Virus record (IMG/VR): IMGVR_UViG_3300006417_000225
DNA: 20,000 bases
Strand: one strand, 5' to 3'
Source: an uncultured virus (IMG/VR IMGVR_UViG_3300006417_000225)
Lineage: Duplodnaviria; Heunggongvirae; Uroviricota; Caudoviricetes
The position numbers and the translations under genes are program-made. The notes below the pieces were generated by a model, which was not told the origin of the DNA, searched no databases, and worked only from the letters and a program-made list of their open reading frames with translations. Positions 1-7,843 of the stretch are shown one piece after another; position 1 is the first letter of the stretch, and each line of letters starts with the position of its first letter.

Positions 1-480
1 TTTTTCTGTATTTATTGATCCATCAGTTGTTACTCTGATTTTCCATCTATCACCATTTATATCTTTATAAATAAAACCTTCCTCCGGATCTGTAACTTCA
101 TAACTGCCTTCTGATACATTTAAATTTACTGCATTTCCATCTTTACCTATTATTCAGTGTTGACCTTTATTTGATATTACAACAGAATTTGTATTTATAA
201 CATTCCCTGAAATAGATGGTTCATAACTTAATTTATTATTATTTACAATTAAATAATTAACAGTTTTATATAATTCAAGAAGACCATTTGTATTAAAAAA
301 TATTTTCCATACATATTTATTTCCATTATTGTTATATATTATAAATGAATTAGGTTGATCATATTTAGGTATATTATTATCTATCCATTTTTGAACTTCA
401 GACTCTAAAGGATTATTAGGATCTGCAAATGCTGCTGGCGGTATTTCATACTCTTCACCAAGACCATAATGACTACCCAT
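1..480 (-). CDS. Putative fibre/virion protein with an in-frame TGA at 154-156; 108 aa to the TGA, frame stays open to the window edge
   Basis: ATG at 480. Translation runs ...SNKGQH*IIGKDGNAVNLNVSEGSYEVTDPEEGFIYKDINGDRWKIRVTTDGSINTEK with no further stop and no in-frame ATG after the TGA. The N-terminus is paralogous to that of 4042..5127, and the post-TGA part resembles the C-terminus of 7546..7800. Confidence 0.7.
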
Positions 481-494
481 AAATTATATTTATT

Positions 495-683
495 CTATTG
501 AATTAACTGAAACTGTAAAACCCAATTATTATTTTCGTATTTATAAAATGTACCCGATTCTTTATCTAAATATATATTTCCATTACATCCTTTTAAAGTA
601 GGCTCTCCATTACCAAAAATAATAGAAGTATTATGACAATTACAATATTTTTTTATTAATTGTATTAAATCTTTTTCACTTAC
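495..683 (-). pseudogene. Start-less 62-aa fibre-like ORF (VSEKDLIQLIKKYCNCHNTSIIFGNGEPTLKGCNGNIYLDKESGTFYKYENNNWVLQFQLIQ), absent from the ORF track
   Basis: Read by hand. The frame is open from 725 to TAG at 495-497 with no ATG/GTG/TTG, and the codon before GTA is ACG (684-686). It carries the G-x-G-x-P...G..G.hYhD...G.hY......W module also seen in neighbouring fibre proteins. Confidence 0.65.
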
Positions 684-790
684 CGTTGGATGAACCTCGA
701 CGTATGGTCTGTAAATCTGTAACCATTATTATAGATTTCAGCGTCCATCCACGCTGTCGCAATTATGAATATGATGTATATTGCTATCAT
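680..790 (-). pseudogene. 36-aa ORF, probably the truncated 5' end of a membrane protein gene (MIAIYIIFIIATAWMDAEIYNNGYRFTDHTSRFIQR)
   Basis: ATG at 790 overlaps the TGA of 787..1917 (ATGA coupling). The N-terminus is hydrophobic. It stops at TAA 680-682, where the composition drops back to AT-rich backbone. Confidence 0.5.
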
Positions 791-1917
791 AGCACTATCG
801 ATAAAGCCCCTACGGTTCCATTGTAATAGATATCTCCCTGTATAAGACCATTTGAAATAGCATCCTCATTGTTTGAGAAGCCGTTTATTTGCTTAATGCT
901 AAGGTTTGTCCATCTGTTGTATAGCACGTTGTTTCTGCCCCAATCGCTACTATCATACCCGCCAAGCGAAAAGCCTTCTACACCACGCTGTACCACTGCT
1001 GCTCCCATTTCTGCGTCATTCAGGTTAAGAATATTGTTTTGCGACAATCTGACCACCACAGGATGTTGCGTACTCGCAATTATTTTGCATCCTGTATATG
1101 CACCTGTGTTGCATGTTATAGTAGATGAACCTACAAAATCAATATCTCCATAACCAGACACAATATTATATATTAACGCCTGATTGTTTGCAGTGTAATT
1201 AATCGTATAAGGACCACTTATGCTTAATTTAGCCCCAAATTGTAGTCCAATTGCCTCGCCTGTTGCATAACTAAGCGTTAATGAGCCGCCTTGCAAATAA
1301 ATATACGAGCTTATCGCCTGTAATGCAGGTCTGTTAGGCGCATCTATCGTACAGCTAAGCATCTGTAGAACCGAGTGCCATACCTGTAACGTTTGATTAA
1401 ATCGGATGTAAGATGAATTAATTACTATATATTTACCATAGATAGCCCTTGAGCTATTAAGCGTTGCGTAATTCATTATACTACTGCCAATAATGTATAC
1501 TGAAGCTCTTTGATAACTACAACGACTAATCCAATCAAACGCCTTGTCAAGGGTAAGAAATGAAGCAGTAGGATAATCCGTGTCAGGCAGAGAATCATTA
1601 CCACTAACTATATCAACCGTAACAGTTGCCGTATTGCTCGAAAATATCAGATTGTCAGTTGTTATGTCATCCGCTGAAAGCAGGTCAGTAGTCACGCTAT
1701 TAAACACCACATCATCAGGCAAGCTCCCTTCAATACCAACATACTGTGTCCCATCCCAATAATATAAATTATTTGTATCTTTTGCTATATATAGAACTCC
1801 TTCTTTTCCGCTATCAGGAAAAGCATTTATATCTTCATAAGCTATTACAGACTTTATACAGCATAGCTTTTTGTTTAATTTTTCAAGCTCTTTCTGTGTG
1901 TCAAATGTTATTTTCAT
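787..1917 (-). CDS. Tail spike / receptor-binding protein with probable parallel beta-helix domain
   Basis: 376 aa. N-terminal fibre module FPDSGKEGVLYIAKDTNNLYYWDGTQYV. VDIVSGNDS...SFLTLDKAF resembles the cap preceding pectin-lyase-like beta-helices, followed by I/S/N/G-rich beta strands and a short C-terminal NNEDAISNGLIQGDIYY module. Confidence 0.7.
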   Translation of the reverse strand: MKITFDTQKELEKLNKKLCCIKSVIAYEDINAFPDSGKEGVLYIAKDTNNLYYWDGTQYVGIEGSLPDDVVFNSVTTDLLSADDITTDNLIFSSNTATVTVDIVSGNDSLPDTDYPTASFLTLDKAFDWISRCSYQRASVYIIGSSIMNYATLNSSRAIYGKYIVINSSYIRFNQTLQVWHSVLQMLSCTIDAPNRPALQAISSYIYLQGGSLTLSYATGEAIGLQFGAKLSISGPYTINYTANNQALIYNIVSGYGDIDFVGSSTITCNTGAYTGCKIIASTQHPVVVRLSQNNILNLNDAEMGAAVVQRGVEGFSLGGYDSSDWGRNNVLYNRWTNLSIKQINGFSNNEDAISNGLIQGDIYYNGTVGALSIVL

Positions 1918-2354
1918 TGCTCTCTTGCTTTTTTATAGCTCTCATACGCCCTGCTTCGCTGTGCATCTGTAAGCGTAAAAGAATTGTTCTCAATATAAGA
2001 ATCCCATATAACAGCCTCATATTTGTGCTTATGGTCAAGTATTGGCATTTGTTTGTCCATCAATGATTTTAAGTCTTCAATAGTAATGCCAAAAAACTCA
2101 TTAACTTCAGGAATCAGAAACTTACCTGCTGACATAGGTATATTATGTTCAATATGCCAATCAAGAAACTCCTTTTTGGGCTTATTTACAAACTGAAAAT
2201 GACACTTCTTATTAAAATCAGAATATTGTCTGTAATGCTTAAAAGACTTAGAATCCTCTATAATTTCAAGCACATCATCATCCTTTGACTTAAACCCATC
2301 TATTCCTGCAAAGAAGTAGTTACTACCTATATTAAATACCTTTACTATCTGCAT
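1914..2354 (-). CDS. Small protein with Pol-beta-type nucleotidyltransferase-like N-terminal motif
   Basis: 146 aa. IGS-x13-DDDVL approximates the hG[GS]x9-13Dh[DE]h signature, followed by a helical C-terminal half. ATGA overlap with the downstream spike gene. The CDS is secure; the function is tentative. Confidence 0.55.
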   Translation of the reverse strand: MQIVKVFNIGSNYFFAGIDGFKSKDDDVLEIIEDSKSFKHYRQYSDFNKKCHFQFVNKPKKEFLDWHIEHNIPMSAGKFLIPEVNEFFGITIEDLKSLMDKQMPILDHKHKYEAVIWDSYIENNSFTLTDAQRSRAYESYKKAREQ

Positions 2355-2364
2355 AATTCTCTTT

Positions 2365-4022
2365 TTATGACCATGCTCCAGTCATGCCTGTTTTGGATTT
2401 AACTATTTTATTTAGCGTTGTTGGGTCGTAATATTCTGCCATGTATTTACCTGTAGCTGTGCTCGTAGAATGTGTCACCTGCCTGAATCTTATTACACTC
2501 TCAATATTATTTGCACCAACCCACCCTATAAATATTGATGAGTTGCCATTATCAAGACTTACTTTATTTGCAGGATCATAACCAGTTACTCCACTCTCTA
2601 TTATTATTTTCGGGAAGTTGAAAAACGAATATGATGTACCTGATAATGTCCAATTATAACAATAATTACCTGATGTCCATGAAGAACAATTATTACCTNN
2701 NNNNNNNNNNNNNNNNNNNNNNNNNNNNNNNNNNNNNNNNNNNNNNNNNNNNNNNNNNNNNNNNNNNNNNNNNNNNNNNNNNNNNNNNNNNNNNNNNNNN
2801 NNNNNNNNNNNNNNNNNNNNNNNNNNNNNNATTACCTGTTGACCATGAAGAACAATTATTACCTGTTGACCATGAAGAACATCCATTACCTATTGTCCAA
2901 TAAGAACAATAATTACCTATTGACCAATTATAACATTCATTACCTGTTGACCAATTATAACATTNNNNNNNNNNNNNNNNNNNNNNNNNNNNNNNNNNNT
3001 GACCAATTATAACATTCATTACCTGATGTCCATGAAAAATTATTACTACCAGTTGACCAATCATAACAACCGTAACCAGTAGTATTATTACGATTCCACC
3101 AACCTAATATAAAATTATGATTACATAGACCTATTTTATTATTATACGTTCCACCCCCACTCCCACTTTCTTCTGAACCAACATCACAAAATACAATTCC
3201 ACAGTTGATGTATTGGCACATATAATCATTGTCATCTATAATTGTTTTATCATAATAATTTTGTATCTCATTATCTAAAACCACTGATAAGAAATATCCA
3301 CCTATATATAAATCAACAAACCTCATAATTGAAGCATCTCTCGCTACCACATCAGTAAAACCATTTTCAATAATCTCCGTAGCATCATTAAATGTGTACA
3401 GATATACATTGTTTGGCAGGTCAGAATAAACACCGGAGAACACAGCAGGTAAAAACTGTATATTCTTAAAGTCATACCCACATCTGTTATTATTCTCATC
3501 AATCATCTCATAGATTACACCCTTTCCATTAATTTCATCAGCCCAAATAAACCGAGTAATATCATTGTCAATGCAATATTTAAGTTTCCATGCTTCAAAC
3601 TTGATATGATTAGGGAAATAAGTATCTTCAGCATGACGCATGGCACTTGCTTGTTCACTCAATACCTTAACACTCAAAGCTTCTACTACTATATCAAATT
3701 GATGTCCTGCACTCTGCGTATTAATTTGTGTTGTGGTACAAGCATAATCTGTTATACGATATTTTATACCAGGAATAAGGTTTCCACTATCTCTATTTGA
3801 TAATAAATTACTATATGTTGTTTCTATTAATAATGGAGTCTCCGATGAAACAACATTCCATTGACTGCCATCCCATACATACAAATCACCATTATATATA
3901 ACAACCTTACTATTATTCCCTACAGGAGCATCTACAGGAATATCATCTAATACTGGTATATTACCGCCTGCACTACAATATTGTATTACGGCATTTTTTA
4001 TATCTTCTTCCTTATATGCCAT
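2365..4022 (-). CDS. Tail fibre/spike protein with a 9-aa repeat solenoid; one gene split into three track ORFs by N gaps (about 550 aa)
   Basis: ATG at 4022, TAA at 2365-2367. The same xGNxCxxWx repeat continues on both sides of both gaps (2965-2999, 2699-2830). The N-terminal domain TTYSNLL..RDSGNLIPGIKYRITDY...YDFKNIQF resembles Bacteroidota-phage fibre proteins as I recall them. Confidence 0.8.
2642..3105 (-). repeat. 27-nt (9-aa) tandem repeat array, consensus GGT AAT nnn TGT TmT nnn TGG wCA nyA
   Basis: Visible units include CYNWSTGNE, CYNWSIGNY, CSYWTIGNG, CSSWSTGNN and CSSWTSGNY. Two N gaps (35 and 132 nt) lie inside the array. Confidence 0.9.
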
Positions 4023-4041
4023 TATCTTTTATATAAATTTA

Positions 4042-5127
4042 TTAATATGTTGAAAACAATGTCATCTTATTTGCTCCTAAATATACAAAAACAGCACCAT
4101 GTCCAGGAGTTATACTAAAAGGTGGAGACCCATATCCTATAAAACTATAAGATCCTATACTTATAGTTATATTACCACTTGACCTTGTATTATTTATACC
4201 CAATAAACTTCCAGGTGCTACTCCTAATGGAGAGACAATACTGACACTTGTTATTGCATCTGCATCTTCAAAATAGTTAAAACTATTCCAATTCATTGTT
4301 GTGTTTGTATGGTTTACTGTCAAAGCCATACCATCTGCCCCATCATTACCTTTTAAAGAAGATAAAGTTATAAGATTTACCCATGATTCCCCTACATATC
4401 TCCATCTTATATAAACTCCATTGTTATCAAGCTCTATTTCTTTACCATCTTCTCCTTTTAATGTATCCAAAGCTACTAAGTTATTCCAAGAAACATCTCC
4501 TACATATCTCCATTTAATATAGGTACCATCATTTGATAATTGAATTTCTTTCCCATTAGTACCATTTGTTCCATTAATACCATTTGTTCCATTAGTACCA
4601 TTTATTCCTGGACTACCATTAGCTCCTGATGGCCCAATTAAACTATTTAAAAAATCAGTAACAGTTCCTGAATTACCATTCTCTAACCATAATTCATATG
4701 CACTTTTACCATTTAAACCATCTGCCCCTGGAGGCCCAGGTAATCCTGCTACAGAAAAAAATGGACTCCATGATCCAAAATTTTTTACATAAATTTGACC
4801 TGTTGGAGTTCTAAAAAAGAAATCACCATTTTTCCCTTGTGAGTTATCTGGAGCTGAATTACCTGATAACCATTCAGTTGTAGGTTCTTTTATTCTTTTT
4901 ACAGAGTATACATTTAGCTCATTTGTAAATAATCTCCAAACATAATCTGGAACATCCCCTGTATTTTTATACCATAATAATGAGCCTTCTGCATTATCAA
5001 ATGGAACATTTAGATTTGCCCATACAAGAACTTCATTATCAGTTGGAACATTTACGTCAATAAAAGCACTTCCTGGTATCTGATAAGATACAGAATCTTT
5101 ATGAATTTTTTGTTCAAATGAAGCCAT
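4042..5127 (-). CDS. Collagen-like fibre protein
   Basis: 361 aa. Gly-X-Y runs (GLPGPPGADGLNG; GPSGANGSPGINGTNGTNGINGTNGTNG), a GKSAYELW motif, two GKEIxL...YIxWRYVG..W.NL repeats and a beta-rich C-terminal domain. TAATG overlap with the upstream gene. Confidence 0.85.
   Translation of the reverse strand: MASFEQKIHKDSVSYQIPGSAFIDVNVPTDNEVLVWANLNVPFDNAEGSLLWYKNTGDVPDYVWRLFTNELNVYSVKRIKEPTTEWLSGNSAPDNSQGKNGDFFFRTPTGQIYVKNFGSWSPFFSVAGLPGPPGADGLNGKSAYELWLENGNSGTVTDFLNSLIGPSGANGSPGINGTNGTNGINGTNGTNGKEIQLSNDGTYIKWRYVGDVSWNNLVALDTLKGEDGKEIELDNNGVYIRWRYVGESWVNLITLSSLKGNDGADGMALTVNHTNTTMNWNSFNYFEDADAITSVSIVSPLGVAPGSLLGINNTRSSGNITISIGSYSFIGYGSPPFSITPGHGAVFVYLGANKMTLFSTY
4330..4746 (-). repeat. Gly-X-Y repeats plus a duplicated ~35-aa inter-collagen module
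   Basis: 9-nt periodic accatttgt/tccattagt run at about 4553-4625, and two copies of KEIxL.N.G.YI.WRYVG..W.NL..L..LKG.DG. Confidence 0.85.
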
Positions 5128-6188
5128 TATTTAATATAATAATTTATACCATTAGTAAATAAAGTTACACTTGTTTTTGACTCTGGTGGAAAATCAAAAT
5201 AAGAACCACCATCAATTTGAACACCACCACCAACAGTTAGTTTAATACCTCCTGGTGATACATAATTATTTACTCTTTTAAACGTTATACTTCTTGTATG
5301 ACCTGCTGCTAATCCAAGTGTTGAAGGGTCTGGTAATGTTATTATTTTAACTGTTCCATCTGAATCATTTACAAGATAATTATCTTTTAAACTAACAGCA
5401 ACTAATGTTGTAGAGGCTACTATCTGATTTAATTCAATTGTTTCATATGCATTTGTATCTATTGTAACAGAAGTACCATCAATAGCTGTATGAGTATAAG
5501 TTCCATCATTATTATTTACAATAGCATCTGTAAAAGCAGCATTAAAAAATGCTGGTATAGTTACAGTTGCTGGTCCAGATGTTTCATATTCATCTCCACC
5601 AACAATACACCATATAGAATATGTAAAACTGGCTGGCATTGAAGGATTTAAAACATATCCTGTAGCATTATAAGTACCATCAGTTTCTATATTAAAACTA
5701 TTAGATAGATTTACAAGAGAACCTGTAAGCCTAAATTCTGTAATTCCATGGTTACATAATGTATCAGTATTAGCTAAATTACCACATAAGCATGATTTTG
5801 CATTTCCTAATGCTCCAGCAGATGGAGCACATGTTGTTACTGTTACAGTTTCTGTATATGTATTATTTCCAGCATTTGGGTCTATATTATCCCCTGATAC
5901 TGTAGCTGTTAATGTAAAAGGACCTTCAGTTATATCAATAATTTTTGTTTTTACTTTTAAAGTAAAAGATTGACCAACTTGTAATAGTCCTATATTCCAT
6001 GTAACCTCTTTTGTTACATTATTAAAAGTTACTGTACCAACATTTGAAGGAACTGTTGAGAAACCATTATATTGCATACCAGTAGGTATAGTTGCTACAA
6101 CAACTACATTTGTATCATTATAGTCTCCTAAATTCTCTATTGGAATTGTAAATGTATATAAATCTCCATTTTGAGTTACTTGCCCCAT
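5127..6188 (-). CDS. Virion protein with N-terminal DUF11 (Ig-like) domain and fibre-type C-terminal domain
   Basis: Residues ~1-118 match the DUF11 pattern (YTFTI.IENLG....TNVVV...IPTGM.Y...VTWNIG.L.VGQS.TL...TATVSG...DPN..NN....TV). Later NNDGTYTHT..DG and ITLPDPS...ITFKR...IDG...SVTLFTNG.NYYI motifs. Confidence 0.8.
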   Translation of the reverse strand: MGQVTQNGDLYTFTIPIENLGDYNDTNVVVVATIPTGMQYNGFSTVPSNVGTVTFNNVTKEVTWNIGLLQVGQSFTLKVKTKIIDITEGPFTLTATVSGDNIDPNAGNNTYTETVTVTTCAPSAGALGNAKSCLCGNLANTDTLCNHGITEFRLTGSLVNLSNSFNIETDGTYNATGYVLNPSMPASFTYSIWCIVGGDEYETSGPATVTIPAFFNAAFTDAIVNNNDGTYTHTAIDGTSVTIDTNAYETIELNQIVASTTLVAVSLKDNYLVNDSDGTVKIITLPDPSTLGLAAGHTRSITFKRVNNYVSPGGIKLTVGGGVQIDGGSYFDFPPESKTSVTLFTNGINYYIK

Positions 6189-6199
6189 TTTATTATATT

Positions 6200-7045
6200 T
6201 TAATTATTAATAAAAGTTGTTCCGTTATTATTTGTAAATCCTACGCCCCTACCAAATATTTTTATATCAGAATTTATATTTGTTATTTCACCTGTACATT
6301 TATTACATACTTCATTTATATTCCATGTTTGTCCATTACATAAATTTGGAACAATTACATTTATAATTCCTTCTGAAATCATTCCATAAGGATTACAACT
6401 TATTCTATATTTAATAGGAAGACTTATTTCATGTGGTGGATTAGCAGATACAGTTCCTGATATTACACCGGCATTTGAAATTGCAACATTTAAATGAGGT
6501 GAGGATGATACTATTTCGTAAGTTACCTGACCTGTACATCCTGTTATAACTGAATTTGTTTTAGCATCATACGTAAAACTTTGACCACATGTTTTTGACA
6601 ATGAAGCACTTATTGCAGTAACACAATTACCTGTACATGGATTACAAGTTTTACATGCTGAATCTACACATAAATTTTTGAAGCCTATAGATACATTAAA
6701 GAATGTTGAAAACTCTGTGCCACTACAATATGCTTTTATGGTTACAGATGAAAAACTATTTTGGCTTAATTCAGGAACAGATGTAAAATGTAATTCAGAT
6801 GTATTCTGAATACTTACATTTGTAACACCTTTTGAATAAGAGCTTATTACAAATGTAAGATTTTCTTTACTACATCCAACCGGTGATAATTTATCAAATA
6901 AATCAATGTATCCAGATTCTCCACATGCTGAAATAGAATCTTTAGGTAATAATATTAAATTATTCAAATGAAAACATCCATCACATACTTTAGGTGTACT
7001 TGGTGGAGCTACTGATATACAGTTACATTTTTTATATAGTGCCAT
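6200..7045 (-). CDS. Cys-rich virion protein with two tandem beta-sandwich-like repeats
   Basis: 281 aa. The two halves share a CG...GC...T(F/Y).I.S.S...NV.I.N...C.......(N)V...NLC...CN.CTG pattern. It lies within the structural operon. Confidence 0.6.
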   Translation of the reverse strand: MALYKKCNCISVAPPSTPKVCDGCFHLNNLILLPKDSISACGESGYIDLFDKLSPVGCSKENLTFVISSYSKGVTNVSIQNTSELHFTSVPELSQNSFSSVTIKAYCSGTEFSTFFNVSIGFKNLCVDSACKTCNPCTGNCVTAISASLSKTCGQSFTYDAKTNSVITGCTGQVTYEIVSSSPHLNVAISNAGVISGTVSANPPHEISLPIKYRISCNPYGMISEGIINVIVPNLCNGQTWNINEVCNKCTGEITNINSDIKIFGRGVGFTNNNGTTFINN

Positions 7046-7534
7046 TTAACAATTACATTTTACGCAACTGAGTTCATCAGAAGCTTTTTTTAAAAATTTT
7101 AATGCCTTTTCTGGCTTATTTAATTTTGCATTTAAAAGAACTGCATCTAATAAAAATCTTATATGAGTTATTTTTTCGTAATCTTTTATATCATCTATAT
7201 TAGCTTTAGCTATTAAATGATCTAACTTACACTCAAGTTGACAGATATTAGCAGCATTTCTTTTATATTTTTTCCCATAATTACTTACTTCAAAACAGTA
7301 AATACCATCTATAAACAAAAAATTACTATTCCCTAGTTCACTTTCTGATGAAATAATATTAACTCCATCTGTTTTAAATTCAAATTGTTTAGGTGTTGTA
7401 CCATTTGGAAATGTAACATTTACAATATAAGAAGTGGGTTTCACATTTGAAACCCACTCACTTACATCTTGATATGTTAATTTGTTACAATTTAAATATG
7501 AGAATATAAAGTCAAAATTATTTATTCTTTCCAT
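7046..7534 (-). CDS. Structural protein, possible tail-hub/fibre-attachment protein
   Basis: 162 aa. Beta-rich N-terminus (DGIYCFEV) and helical C-terminus ending CVKCNC. Its position after the capsid block suggests the role, which is an inference. Confidence 0.5.
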   Translation of the reverse strand: MERINNFDFIFSYLNCNKLTYQDVSEWVSNVKPTSYIVNVTFPNGTTPKQFEFKTDGVNIISSESELGNSNFLFIDGIYCFEVSNYGKKYKRNAANICQLECKLDHLIAKANIDDIKDYEKITHIRFLLDAVLLNAKLNKPEKALKFLKKASDELSCVKCNC

Positions 7535-7545
7535 TATTCTTCATC

Positions 7546-7800
7546 TTATTCTGGAACATAATTAAATGTATCATTTGTTTTTTCATTTGTCACAACAATG
7601 GTACCATCATTATTGAACTTTAAAGTAAATGGAGTTCCATTTGGACTCTTCATTCTAAGTAACCCACTGCAACAATCTACACCACAGCACTCTGCTAAAT
7701 AATTTTGAGCCTCTTCAAGAGACTCAAAACCAATCCTTTTACCATCAGCTCTTGCAGCCCAGAATGTTCCTTTTGCTACTATAATATTATTTTTATTCAT
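7546..7800 (-). CDS. Small structural protein (84 aa; start revised from 7842 to ATG 7800)
   Basis: The track's GTG at 7842 lies inside a terminator stem. ATG 7800 follows an A-rich leader (AAAAAATAAAAACATG). Contains ECCGVDCC and a C-terminal LRMKSPNGTPFTLKFNNDGTIVVT motif. Confidence 0.75.
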   Translation of the reverse strand: MNKNNIIVAKGTFWAARADGKRIGFESLEEAQNYLAECCGVDCCSGLLRMKSPNGTPFTLKFNNDGTIVVTNEKTNDTFNYVPE

Positions 7801-7813
7801 GTTTTTATTTTTT

Positions 7814-7843
7814 AAAAATGTGGGTGTATTTTCAACACCCACA
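7814..7843 (-). terminator. Rho-independent terminator
   Basis: Minus strand TGTGGGTGT-TGAAAAT-ACACCCACA-TTTTT: a perfect 9-bp stem (7819-7827/7835-7843), 7-nt loop and U5 tail, 20 nt after the stop of 7864..9414. Confidence 0.85.

Noticed and set aside
154..156. Selenocysteine UGA
   Set aside because: No SECIS-like hairpin is evident just downstream and there is no redox motif context; Trp fits better.
2631..3064. Track ORFs 2631..2903(+), 2693..3064(-) and the starts/ends of 2365..2886 and 2955..4022
   Set aside because: Artefacts of translating through N gaps of inexact length.
2642..3105. CRISPR array or DGR variable/template repeat
   Set aside because: The units are contiguous, in-frame and spacer-less. 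Differences are not confined to adenines, and no reverse transcriptase or separate template copy is present in the window.
7801..7842. GTG start at 7842 giving a 98-aa protein
   Set aside because: It lies inside the terminator stem; ATG 7800 has a typical A-rich leader.
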